Positions 28,025 to 37,647 of a DNA stretch of 64,000 nucleotides are shown piece after piece. Both the position numbers and the translations under genes were made by a program. The notes beneath the pieces are model-generated. The model made no database searches. It had not been told where the DNA came from and saw nothing but the letters and a program-made list of their open reading frames with translations. Origin of the DNA: a candidate division CSSED10-310 bacterium (lineage in GTDB: Bacteria > CSSED10-310 > JAFGJC01); NCBI GenBank assembly GCA_016927905.1, contig JAFGLW010000026.1, positions 43,586-107,585 on the forward strand, read 5' to 3'. Position 1 is the first letter of the stretch; each line of letters opens with the position of its first letter.

Positions 28025-29647
28025 ATCCGGTTGATCTTTTGCCGGGGACCCGCTCAAAATCTCCAGTTTTGATCTGGGCAGGGAAAATTTCTTCATATAC
28101 CTGTAGAACGTCGCCTTGTGAATACCCAGGATGCGAGAAGCCAAAGAGATGTTGCCTCCGGCTTTACCGAATGCCCGGGCCAGCGATTCTGGAGACAGCT
28201 GTCCGGGTTCTTTGGGTTTGGCGGTGGTCTCATGGAATTCACCGTTGATCCAGCCGGTATCGGGGATCGTTCCGGCCGGCAGTGCCCTGAGATGCCGGCG
28301 GGCGGGAAAAGCTGGCGAGGCAGCTTGAATCCCGGCGGTGTCAGAATGGGGCATAAAACCGGGTTCCCCGTCCGGTATCCGTCTTCCAAGGGGCGGCACG
28401 ATTGGTGTCCGGGTCAGCTGCTGGGTTTCATAAAGCTGGAGATTCCATTGACTGGCAGCCAGGTAATCTCTCTCCTTGATCCATTCGCGAAACGCATTCC
28501 GACCGATAACCGATCCGTGGGTTTCAACATAGACCCTCTCCAGCACATTGCGAAGCTCCCGGATATTGCCCGGCCAGCGGTATTCCTGCAGGAGCCGCAT
28601 GGCATCGGGTGACAGGCGGACAATGTTTTTGCCATACCGGCGATTCAGGTTGTCCAGGAAATAGCGAACCAAGAGGGGAATATCTTCCTGGCGGTCCCGG
28701 AGAGGCGGAACGTGGATTCTCAGCACCGCCATCCGGTGGTACAGGTCGGACCGGAAGAGATTTCTGGCGACCGCCTGTTCCAGAGAGATGTTGGTTGCCG
28801 CCAGGATGCGGACGTCTATGATGATTTCGGATTCCCCCCCGACCCTTTCGAACGTCTTCTCCTCCAGAACCCTCAGCAGTTTCGCCTGGGTCCGCTCCGG
28901 CATGTCGCCGATTTCATCCAGAAACAGGGTTCCCCCGTCCGCGCGTTCAAAACGGCCTTTATGCTGCCGGGCTGCGCCCGTGAAAGCGCCTTTTTCGTGG
29001 CCGAACAGCTCCGATTCAAACAGCTCTTCATTGAGTGCGGTGCAGTTGACGGCAACAAACGGCTCGTTGCGACGCAGACTGAGGTCGTGGATAGCCCTCG
29101 CAACCAGTTCTTTTCCGGTGCCGGTTTCACCGGTGATGATCACCGGGGCATCGGCGGGTCCGTAAACCTGGAGCCGGTCGAAAAGCTCATTCATGGAAGC
29201 GCTCCGGCCGATGATTCCATGAAAGACCGCTTCCTGGTATGCGGCCGGGATCCTGTCCGGTATTTCGATGAACTGGAAAGCCACCGCCGTGACCGGGCCG
29301 TGTTCCGGGGAGATTGACACCGGAAAATACCGTGTCATCCGCCGGGTTCTGATTGTCATTACCCGGCGCCGGTCCCGTTGATCGGTGAATTCCACCGGGT
29401 GCCGGCCGGGAATGATGGATTCGCGGAGAACGTCCAGCGCCAGGCTTTCAAGAAGCCCGCCCAGTGTTTTCAACACCTCGGTTACCGGTTTACCGGTGAC
29501 GTGTTTGAGAGGCAATCCGAAAATGGGCCCGAAATCATCATCCAGATAATCCAGGATCATTTCTTCCCGGGTTCCGGGTCTGGGGACAAGGATTACATGC
29601 GGTTTGAAAACCTGATGGGTTTCGGTTGCCGGTGTTCGGTCGGTCAA
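28007..29647 (-). CDS. sigma-54-dependent transcriptional activator (bEBP) with N-terminal sensory domain and C-terminal Fis-type HTH
   Basis: GETGTGKELVARAIH Walker A, GAFTGA loop, ..GNIRELRN.., and C-terminal HTH LARAFGKAGGNISLASRILGIHKATFYRYMKK. Confidence 0.9.
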   Translation of the reverse strand: MTDRTPATETHQVFKPHVILVPRPGTREEMILDYLDDDFGPIFGLPLKHVTGKPVTEVLKTLGGLLESLALDVLRESIIPGRHPVEFTDQRDRRRVMTIRTRRMTRYFPVSISPEHGPVTAVAFQFIEIPDRIPAAYQEAVFHGIIGRSASMNELFDRLQVYGPADAPVIITGETGTGKELVARAIHDLSLRRNEPFVAVNCTALNEELFESELFGHEKGAFTGAARQHKGRFERADGGTLFLDEIGDMPERTQAKLLRVLEEKTFERVGGESEIIIDVRILAATNISLEQAVARNLFRSDLYHRMAVLRIHVPPLRDRQEDIPLLVRYFLDNLNRRYGKNIVRLSPDAMRLLQEYRWPGNIRELRNVLERVYVETHGSVIGRNAFREWIKERDYLAASQWNLQLYETQQLTRTPIVPPLGRRIPDGEPGFMPHSDTAGIQAASPAFPARRHLRALPAGTIPDTGWINGEFHETTAKPKEPGQLSPESLARAFGKAGGNISLASRILGIHKATFYRYMKKFSLPRSKLEILSGSPAKDQPDSIPSS

Positions 29648-29752
29648 TGCGGGTATCTCCGATATTCACTTTACCAGAATCAGCGGGGATTTTCATTTCC
29701 GGAGGTTGACCGCCTGGTTTTTCTCATGATTCAACGATGTTATAATTCAAAC

Positions 29753-30289
29753 ATGACTGCGGATCCAAGCCCCGGAACACCGGCCGCCGATAATCAGGCG
29801 GAATCGACATGCGGGACTGTTTATACAATCGGTCATTCCAATCTCGAACCGTATCAACTGGTCCGGCTTCTTGTTTTGAACATGATCGAAATGGTCATCG
29901 ATGTCCGGTCCATCCCTTACAGCCGATCAGTCCCACAGTTCAACCGGGAGACGCTGGAGAAGCTTTTGACCGACAGCGGCATGGAATACCGGTTCGGCGG
30001 CAAACACCTGGGAGCTTACCCGGACGGGATCAAGTCGGCGGGCCGGGAGAAAGCGGATTGGTATGCTTTATCGCAGCGCCCGGAATTCAGGCAGGGGATT
30101 CAGCGGGTTCTGGAACTGGCTAAATCGAAACGGATTGCACTGCTGTGCGCCGAGGAAAACCCGGTCCGATGCCACCGCCATCATCTGATTGCTCCGGCAC
30201 TCATTGAAACGGGTCTCCGGGTTGTTCATATCCGCAGGGACGGTTCCCTGGAGGATCTTGAAAGGGATCCGCAGAAAAAACTGTTTTGA
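29753..30289 (+). CDS. DUF488 family protein
   Basis: VYTIGHSNLEPYQLVRLL..VIDVRSIPYSR pattern typical of DUF488. The track ORF start at 29378 overlaps the activator gene and is rejected. Confidence 0.65.
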   Translation: MTADPSPGTPAADNQAESTCGTVYTIGHSNLEPYQLVRLLVLNMIEMVIDVRSIPYSRSVPQFNRETLEKLLTDSGMEYRFGGKHLGAYPDGIKSAGREKADWYALSQRPEFRQGIQRVLELAKSKRIALLCAEENPVRCHRHHLIAPALIETGLRVVHIRRDGSLEDLERDPQKKLF

Positions 30290-30302
30290 AAGGAACATCC
30301 GC

Positions 30303-31481
30303 ATGAATTCTCGATATCGATACACGGTGATTGGCGCCGGAATGCAGGGAACGGCCGAAGCGTTCGATCTGGTTCAATACGGTCAAGCTTCACGGGTGAT
30401 TCTGTGCGATATTGATCCCGGTGCTGCCCGGCGGGGGGCGGAGCGGGTGAACCGGCTGACCGGGTCCGATCTGACCGTCGGAATACGACTCGATGCCGCG
30501 GACCGGAAAACCGTGCTGGACACGCTTTCTGAAACCGATGTCTGCTGTGCCGCGGCGCATTATGCCCTGAACCGCGATTTGACCGATTTGGCGATCGAAG
30601 CGGGGTGTCATTTCTGCGATCTGGGTGGAAACACATCGGTTGTGCAGCAGCAACATGAACTTCATGAAAAAGCATGCGCCGCGGGTGTCGCGGTGGTTCC
30701 CGATTGCGGCCTGGCACCCGGGCTGGGTAACATTCTGGCGGCCCGAGCCCTGACCCGGATGACCTGCGATACCATCCGGATCCGGTGCGGGGGATTGCCG
30801 CAGGATCCCAAGCCGCCGCTGGATTACAAGCTTGTCTTTTCTATCTCAGGCTTGACGAATGAATATACAGGGCAGTGCCTGGAAATCCGGAACGGCCGGG
30901 TCGTCGAGCTGCCCGCGTTCACCGAGCCGGAAGATATCGAATTCCCGGAACCGGTCGGGAAATGTGAAGCTTTTCTTACTTCGGGAGGAACCTCCACGGG
31001 AGCATTCAGTTTTAAAGGCAAGGTTCAAAACTATGGGTATAAAACCGTTCGATACCGCGGGCATTATGACAAGGTCCGGGCGATGATTGATCTGGGTATG
31101 CTGGATCTGGAACCGGTCATGATACATGGATTGCCGGTTGTTCCGCGGGAGGTGTTCCATGTTCTGGGTGAACGGAAATTGCTGTTTGAAGGCGACCGGG
31201 ACGTGGTGGTCCTTCGGGTGAGTGCGGAAGGATGGGATGACCAGCACCGGAATGCGGTGTTGATTCAGCACATGATGGATTTTTACGACGATCGGACCGG
31301 TTTTTCGGCGATGGAGCGGACCACTGCATTTTCGGCAGCGGTCATTGCCGTGATGATGGCGCAGGGAGATGTTCAGCCGGGAGTGAACACTCTTGAAAAT
31401 GCCGTCGATCCCGACCGGGTCGTACGGGAACTGGCATTGCGCGGCATCGAGATTCATACCGATTTTCGCATCCAGGCATGA
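30303..31481 (+). CDS. saccharopine dehydrogenase NADP-binding domain family oxidoreductase
   Basis: YTVIGAGMQGTAEAFDL Rossmann motif and domain order typical of Sacchrp_dh_NADP/Sacchrp_dh_C. ATG at 30303. Confidence 0.7.
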   Translation: MNSRYRYTVIGAGMQGTAEAFDLVQYGQASRVILCDIDPGAARRGAERVNRLTGSDLTVGIRLDAADRKTVLDTLSETDVCCAAAHYALNRDLTDLAIEAGCHFCDLGGNTSVVQQQHELHEKACAAGVAVVPDCGLAPGLGNILAARALTRMTCDTIRIRCGGLPQDPKPPLDYKLVFSISGLTNEYTGQCLEIRNGRVVELPAFTEPEDIEFPEPVGKCEAFLTSGGTSTGAFSFKGKVQNYGYKTVRYRGHYDKVRAMIDLGMLDLEPVMIHGLPVVPREVFHVLGERKLLFEGDRDVVVLRVSAEGWDDQHRNAVLIQHMMDFYDDRTGFSAMERTTAFSAAVIAVMMAQGDVQPGVNTLENAVDPDRVVRELALRGIEIHTDFRIQA

Positions 31482-31550
31482 TGCATGCTCCGGTGACGCA
31501 TTTTCACGGTCACACTTGAATAAATCCCGTGCCGGGGGTAGGGTAGTTAC

Positions 31551-34500
31551 ATGGCGGCACATCGGGTTTTCCATTTTTTTCTCCTTTTCTCAATCATGAT
31601 TATTTTCGGGCTGAGCGGGATATCGGCCCAGGGTCCCGGATCAGCCGCCCCCCGGAATTCGCAACTGGATCGGGCCATGTTCATGGCGCAGGTGGACAGG
31701 CAGGACCTGAGGATCGACTGGTATCATACCGATTTTGATGTGGTCGTGGGCAGGAACACGACCGTGATGGATGTCCTCGAAAATCCCTTTTATGCCCCTT
31801 CTTTCGTGCAGGTGTACGCCGCCCGTTTAAACGGGTCACTCGGATCGGTGACACCTCATGATTTGTTCCTGACCGCCCTGGATATATCGGGGGCATCGCT
31901 GGATCGTTTCCATGGGTCCGGCGCTTCCCAGCGCAGCCTGATGGAAGTCTTTGAAGATATGCAGGTGCGGTTCAACCGTGTCCCCCTGTCACCCGGAACC
32001 CGCCAGGTATTGATCAAGCAGATCAGGAACCTGCCGGAAGGCCTGGAGGAATCTCTGGTTATTCTTTCCGAGGCGTTGATGGAAGCGGCGACACTGCGCC
32101 AGGAAGCTCTCGCCAGGTTGTCGGCGAGCGAATACCGGATGATTGTTGACAATCCCATGGAGTATTTTTTCGATGACCGGAATCCAGACCGGATCAATTT
32201 CTTTCTGGCTGAAACCAAGAGTCAGATAACCGTCCTCAGGGTAATGCAGAAAATCGATCTGACCAAAATATTCATGGGCACGAAGATTCTGACTGAAGCG
32301 ATCGAAATAACCCGTCCCAAATTGCAGTGGGTGCATAAGCGTACGATCGCCGTTCAGAACGCAGAAATCCTGCTGGAATTTGATTCCCCTCTCGGACTCA
32401 TTCTGGTGGGAGGTCCGGGGGTCAACCGGCATGACCGGGATGCGGCTCTGCTGCTTGATCTGGATGGTTCGGATGTTTACAGCAACAATGCGGGCGGGAG
32501 TCTTCATGTGCGCGGCGGAATCGCCTGTCTGATCGACATGGGCGGCAACGATCTGTACACCGATCTCCGGGCTGGTGTTCAGGGCAGCGGGTTGCTGGGA
32601 ATCGGTATCCTGGTGGATTTTCATGGCGAAGACACCTATGTGGGTGGTGATTGGAGCCAGGGCGCTGCGCTTGGGGGAGCCGGGATCGTTTACGATGAAA
32701 AGGGATCGGATAAATACCGTGCGGGCGTTTTGTCACAGGGAAGCGGAACATTCGGGATCGGCATGAATATCGACGTGGATGGCCACGATTTCTTTATCGG
32801 CGATTCATTTTGCCAGGGTTTCGGCTCCACTCTGGGTTTCGGTGGATTGATCAATATATGGGGGCGGGACAATTATATTGCCGGTACCGCCGGAACGGAT
32901 CGTTTTTCCAGAATGGACGGGATCGCTCAGGGTTCTGCAGCCGGGTGCCGGGCACAAAACAGGGATCGGGATCTGGGTGTCTGGGGCGGGATCGGAATGC
33001 TGGTGGATGCTCATGGAAACGACACATATCGTTCGAAATATAACAGTCAGGGATCGGGATTTTTCCTGTCGCTGGGAGTTCTGGTTGACAACGAAGGGAA
33101 TGACTTTTATGACTGCACCGGGAATTCCCAGGGATATGGAGCGGCATTCGCTGCAGGTTTGCTGATCGACCAGGAGGGGGAGGATCTTTATACCGGAATC
33201 CGGCTCGTCCAGAGCGCTGTTGAGGGGGATGCCCTGGGGATGCTTCTGGATTACAGCGGAGACGACATTTATCGGCATACCGGGTCCTGCGGTCAGGCAT
33301 GCGGGTTCCCTCCGGGGGGGTTTGCGCTGTTTATTGATTACCGGGGCACGGACCGGTATGAGGGTGGCGGCAGGGCTCAGGGATATGTCCTGCCTCCGGC
33401 GAATCCGCTCCACTGGCCGTTCGCCTGCCTGATCGATCACGAGGGACGGGACATCTATTTTTCCCCGGGTTCACTGGAGTTGTTCCACGAGAACGACACT
33501 GCCTGGCAGAACAGCCGGGGAGGTGTCGGTATTGATACGGTAATCAATCCGCCGATGTATTTCGCCGGCCAGCAGGGATCTTCCCGTATTCAGCATTATC
33601 AGATGGATGCGGTCAAAACGCTGGAGACGCTGGAGCCGAACAAATTATCGCGATTGGGTTCCCTGGATGCCTATACGCGCTTTTTTGCCCAGTCGGACAT
33701 TGTGAACCGCGGCGTGGAGATATTGCCGGAGATCGCCGGAGCGGTTGATCTGGGTCATTCGGAATTCAGGCGGACCCTTGAAGATGCAATCCGGTTGATT
33801 CTGGATGACCCGGCAGCCAGAAACCACCTGCCGGCACTTCAGCCGATGCTGTCCAGCATCGATCCGGAAACCAAGCATTTTGTGCTGGAACTGTATGCCC
33901 GATACGAATTTAAAGGGGCTTCCCATTTGCTTCAAAACCTTCTGGACGACACATCGCCCCGGGTCCGCAGCTCAGCCGCCCGCGTTCTGGGTATCACCCG
34001 GGATACACAGTCCGTGCCGGAATTGCTGAAAATGGCGGGTCATGATGTGAATCCGGCATGCCGGCGGGAAGCCATCCGGGCGATCGCTTCCATCGAGCCG
34101 GAGAATCACCGGGCGGCGTTCCGGGAATCCCTCCGGGATCCCGACCCGACCGTCAGGATAACGGCCATGGAAGCCGTCGGAGAGATTCAGGACCGGGAAT
34201 CGGTGGGAATTCTTCAGTTGATGGCCGCCGCTGAAGATGAATATATCCGGCGGTCGGCGGGGAAAGCTTTGATACGGATCGGAGATAAAAGCGGGTTTCC
34301 GGTATTGTTCAAATCGATTAGTTTCGGTTCGGAAGACAACCAGGATCCTTATGCTCCGGGAAGCGTTCCAGCTTTTCTGATGGAATATACGGGAGTTAAT
34401 TTCGGCTTTGATGTCGATGAATGGGAAAGCTGGTGGGCGGAGCAGGAATTCCGTTTGGATCTGGGATTGCAGTGTGCCGCCCGTGAGGAATATGATCGGT

Positions 34501-34874
34501 TTATAAAGCGCGTTCACAAGCTGGATGCACCGGAAACAATCCGCATGATCGGGAATCTGCGCAATTCCTGTCCTGGTTACACCGGTTACGACCGCTATCT
34601 TGCGGAACCAATCCACAAAAAAGCCGTGCAACTGCTGGCGACAGGGAAAATCGGGGTGCTCAATTCGGCACGGATTCTGTCCGAATATGCAGTGGAAATG
34701 GATCCATCCCGTCCGGAATATTATCTCACTCGGGCGAAAATAGTGATGAAGGCGGGTGATATGGGTGAGGCGGAGAAGATATTGAACGGATGCCGGGACA
34801 GGTTCCGCCATTCAAAAGAATTCATGGAGGATTCCGGACGCCTGCTGGCGGAGATTGCCAGTGCCGGGCAGTAA
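31551..34874 (+). CDS. large secreted protein: Gly/Asp-rich ~22-aa beta-helix-like repeats (central), PBS-lyase HEAT repeats and TPR (C-terminal)
   Basis: Signal peptide FFLLFSIMIIFGLSGISAQG. Repeats of D-x-x-G-x-D-x-Y..QG-x-G..G-x-G-x-L-x-D. HEAT-like ..DTSPRVRSSAARVLGI..DPDPTVRITAMEAVGEI.. Confidence 0.7.
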   Translation: MAAHRVFHFFLLFSIMIIFGLSGISAQGPGSAAPRNSQLDRAMFMAQVDRQDLRIDWYHTDFDVVVGRNTTVMDVLENPFYAPSFVQVYAARLNGSLGSVTPHDLFLTALDISGASLDRFHGSGASQRSLMEVFEDMQVRFNRVPLSPGTRQVLIKQIRNLPEGLEESLVILSEALMEAATLRQEALARLSASEYRMIVDNPMEYFFDDRNPDRINFFLAETKSQITVLRVMQKIDLTKIFMGTKILTEAIEITRPKLQWVHKRTIAVQNAEILLEFDSPLGLILVGGPGVNRHDRDAALLLDLDGSDVYSNNAGGSLHVRGGIACLIDMGGNDLYTDLRAGVQGSGLLGIGILVDFHGEDTYVGGDWSQGAALGGAGIVYDEKGSDKYRAGVLSQGSGTFGIGMNIDVDGHDFFIGDSFCQGFGSTLGFGGLINIWGRDNYIAGTAGTDRFSRMDGIAQGSAAGCRAQNRDRDLGVWGGIGMLVDAHGNDTYRSKYNSQGSGFFLSLGVLVDNEGNDFYDCTGNSQGYGAAFAAGLLIDQEGEDLYTGIRLVQSAVEGDALGMLLDYSGDDIYRHTGSCGQACGFPPGGFALFIDYRGTDRYEGGGRAQGYVLPPANPLHWPFACLIDHEGRDIYFSPGSLELFHENDTAWQNSRGGVGIDTVINPPMYFAGQQGSSRIQHYQMDAVKTLETLEPNKLSRLGSLDAYTRFFAQSDIVNRGVEILPEIAGAVDLGHSEFRRTLEDAIRLILDDPAARNHLPALQPMLSSIDPETKHFVLELYARYEFKGASHLLQNLLDDTSPRVRSSAARVLGITRDTQSVPELLKMAGHDVNPACRREAIRAIASIEPENHRAAFRESLRDPDPTVRITAMEAVGEIQDRESVGILQLMAAAEDEYIRRSAGKALIRIGDKSGFPVLFKSISFGSEDNQDPYAPGSVPAFLMEYTGVNFGFDVDEWESWWAEQEFRLDLGLQCAAREEYDRFIKRVHKLDAPETIRMIGNLRNSCPGYTGYDRYLAEPIHKKAVQLLATGKIGVLNSARILSEYAVEMDPSRPEYYLTRAKIVMKAGDMGEAEKILNGCRDRFRHSKEFMEDSGRLLAEIASAGQ

Positions 34875-34878
34875 TCCA

Positions 34879-36408
34879 ATGAAACGGGTTGCCACACTGC
34901 TTGGAATCCTGCTGATCGCGGGTGGTGCGAGCGCTTCGGTCCTGATCTCACCCGGAGAGGATGCCCGTTTCGGGCGATGGGATGATATCCCGGCATTTAC
35001 CTGGAACGATGTTGCGCAATCCGGAGAATCCTACTGGATTGAATTCTCTCTGGATCCGGATTTCGAAACGGATGTGGCCCGGATTCAGGTTGACGGCACG
35101 GTTTTCGATCTGGGAAAGTATGTTTCAACAGATGACTGGATGCATTTGGCTTTCAGGGCTTTCTGGCGGGTTGCCTGGGAAAGCAGCATTTCCCAGGCTA
35201 GGATGTTCACGAAAACGCCCATCGTCCCACCGAGAGTCCATTTCCCGTTTGACGCCCGGCATGGTCCGGGAGATCCGGCGCCCCGGATTGAATGGGAGGC
35301 GGTATTCGGATCGACGGGGTACAGGATGGAGTTTGCTTTCGATCCGGAATTCTCAGAGGGGTACCGGGTGGATATTGAAAGCACATGGATCGATCTGGCG
35401 CAGGAAATACCCGCCGATGACTGGATTGGAAGCTCCTTTTTGATTTATTTCCGGGTGTGGGCGATGGATCCGATCGGCCTGGACGGTCCCTATTATCAGG
35501 TTTTCAGGCTGTCCAAATCGTCGCTGCCTCCGCCGCCTGTGGGACAGCCGTCCGGTGATTATTTCAGCGCCCGGACCGATCTTCCGGTTTTCATCTGGCA
35601 GGCTTATCACGGTTTTAAAGGCTATCAGGTACAAATCGCCAGAGACGGCCGGTGGGACCGGGATCCGCTGGAGTATGAGACCACAGGGAACCACCTGGAT
35701 CTGTCGGATGTCATGGCGCGGGAAGAGTGGGAGATGATGTGGGGTTACCATGCCTGGCGGGTGAGTGCGGTTGAAGCATCCGGAGCGGTGACTCCCTGGT
35801 CGGACGATACCGAATTTTACAAATGCGGCGGTAAGGTCCTTACCGCACTGGGTGATTCCATTACAACCGGCGGGGTTTGCGTGCCGGAATCCTGGGTTGA
35901 CGGGTTTCAGTACCTGCTGGAACAAAGCGCAGGTGATGTGGTGATGTTCAATGCATCCGTCGGCGGAACAAAATCAAAATGGGGAGCGGAAGTGATCGGA
36001 GCGGTTCTTCAGTATACATTGCCTGAATTCATATTGCTGCTTTTCGGGGCGAACGATTCGGTTGATCCGGGCAACTGCGATCCGCCCTACGGGTGCGATG
36101 TCGCAGGGCATCTTTGGGACATGGTATTCATCGCCCGGGAATTCGGAACCATTCCGATCATCAGCACCGTGTTGCCGGTCAATCCGGAAGGTGCCCATTA
36201 CTATCATCAATTCAGGGTCGACATGTATAATGATGAGATCCGGTATATGGCTTCACAGAACAATGTCCACCTGATCGATCTGAATGAAGCGATGTGGGCG
36301 CACGGGAATATTCCCGAGCTGTTCTGCGACTGGGGACATCCAAACGAAACCGGCAACGCTCTGATCGCTCACGGATATTATTCAGCGGTATCCGAGTATT
36401 GGTGGTAA
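34879..36408 (+). CDS. secreted SGNH/GDSL hydrolase with three ~85-aa N-terminal repeat domains
   Basis: Signal peptide MKRVATLLGILLIAGGASA. GDSITTGG, GANDS and DWGHPNETGN (DxxH) blocks at the C-terminus. Three homologous N-terminal repeats (..YWIEFSLDPDFE.., ..YRMEFAFDPEFS.., ..YQVQIARDGRWD..). Confidence 0.7.
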   Translation: MKRVATLLGILLIAGGASASVLISPGEDARFGRWDDIPAFTWNDVAQSGESYWIEFSLDPDFETDVARIQVDGTVFDLGKYVSTDDWMHLAFRAFWRVAWESSISQARMFTKTPIVPPRVHFPFDARHGPGDPAPRIEWEAVFGSTGYRMEFAFDPEFSEGYRVDIESTWIDLAQEIPADDWIGSSFLIYFRVWAMDPIGLDGPYYQVFRLSKSSLPPPPVGQPSGDYFSARTDLPVFIWQAYHGFKGYQVQIARDGRWDRDPLEYETTGNHLDLSDVMAREEWEMMWGYHAWRVSAVEASGAVTPWSDDTEFYKCGGKVLTALGDSITTGGVCVPESWVDGFQYLLEQSAGDVVMFNASVGGTKSKWGAEVIGAVLQYTLPEFILLLFGANDSVDPGNCDPPYGCDVAGHLWDMVFIAREFGTIPIISTVLPVNPEGAHYYHQFRVDMYNDEIRYMASQNNVHLIDLNEAMWAHGNIPELFCDWGHPNETGNALIAHGYYSAVSEYWW

Positions 36409-36443
36409 TCCACCGGAACCGTGATTCGGGGAAGGAGCAGAAT

Positions 36444-37625
36444 GTGAAATATCCGGGCAGCAAGATTTTTTTCCTGATCCTGATGGCCGTTTTCAATTGT
36501 TTCGTCTGCATGGGGGAGGACGGGCCCGGGGATATTTCCCGGGACATGCCGTCGATTCAATCTCCCGACTGCAAATCGGCGGTTGTGATGGAGGTGTCGA
36601 CGGGAGACATTGCTTATGAGTTGAATCCGCATCTTCCACTGCCGCCCGCATCCATGGTGAAAATGATGGTGATTTATATCACCATGGAGAAAATCAGGGA
36701 AGGATCTTTGAGATTGACCGATTCCGTAACCACTTCGGCAAACGCCTCCAAGATGGGTGGATCCCAGGTTTATCTGAAACACGGTGAGCAGTTCACCATA
36801 GATGAACTGATTCAGGCCGTAATGGTTCAATCCGCGAATGACGCTTCCATGGTTCTGGCGGAGTATATCGGCGGGAGCGCCAAGGGGTTTGTGGACATGA
36901 TGAACGCCAAAGCCCGCGAACTCGGAATGAACGATACCGTCTTCCGGACACCGCACGGTCTTCCGCCGGGAAACAACCAGGAACCGGATCTCATTTCCGC
37001 AATGGACCTGGCCGTTCTGGGCAGAGCCCTGGTGCTTCGATATCCGGAACTTCTGAAATGGAGCCGCATGGAAACCAAGGAATTCCGCGACGGCAAATTC
37101 ATCATGACCAACACGAATCAGCTGGTGAAATCGTTCAACGGATGCGACGGGATCAAAACGGGCTATTATCGGGAGGCGGGATTCGGAATAACGGCAACCG
37201 CGGAACGCGGCGGGGTCCGCATCATTGCGGTGGTCATGGGCTGCGAAAAGGGCAAGGTACGGTTTTCCGAAGCAGCCCGTCTGCTTTCGTTCGGTTTCGA
37301 TCAATACCGGCTGGTGAACGTTGCCGAGTCCGGGCATGCGATCGATACACCGGTTCCGGTTGTTTCCGGCGAGAAAAAAGAGATCCATCCGGAGATATCG
37401 GGCGACCTGAACGTGGTGATACGCAAATCAAATCCGGAAGATATCACCCGGCATGTCGAGCTGATACCCAATCTGAAAGCTCCCGTGAAATCGGGCACGG
37501 AATGCGGATCGGTCATGTTTTTGATCGGAGACCGGGAGCTGGGTGAATTGCCGCTGGTTATCTCTGAAGACATCCCGGAACTGAGCTGGTGGGGAAAATT
37601 CCTCAGGATGCTCGGGATATCCTGA
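36444..37625 (+). CDS. D-alanyl-D-alanine carboxypeptidase (serine peptidase S11, PBP5/6-like)
   Basis: GTG start with a GAAGGAG RBS. SxxK (ASMVK), SxN (SAND) and KTG (KTGYY) motifs. N-terminal signal peptide. Confidence 0.85.
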   Translation: MKYPGSKIFFLILMAVFNCFVCMGEDGPGDISRDMPSIQSPDCKSAVVMEVSTGDIAYELNPHLPLPPASMVKMMVIYITMEKIREGSLRLTDSVTTSANASKMGGSQVYLKHGEQFTIDELIQAVMVQSANDASMVLAEYIGGSAKGFVDMMNAKARELGMNDTVFRTPHGLPPGNNQEPDLISAMDLAVLGRALVLRYPELLKWSRMETKEFRDGKFIMTNTNQLVKSFNGCDGIKTGYYREAGFGITATAERGGVRIIAVVMGCEKGKVRFSEAARLLSFGFDQYRLVNVAESGHAIDTPVPVVSGEKKEIHPEISGDLNVVIRKSNPEDITRHVELIPNLKAPVKSGTECGSVMFLIGDRELGELPLVISEDIPELSWWGKFLRMLGIS

Positions 37626-37647
37626 CCGGATCCACCGGGAAATTCGT

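Noticed and set aside
29378-29752. 5' extension of the DUF488 ORF
   Set aside because: It overlaps the N-terminal coding region of the sigma-54 activator on the opposite strand. DUF488 homology starts only at ATG 29753.
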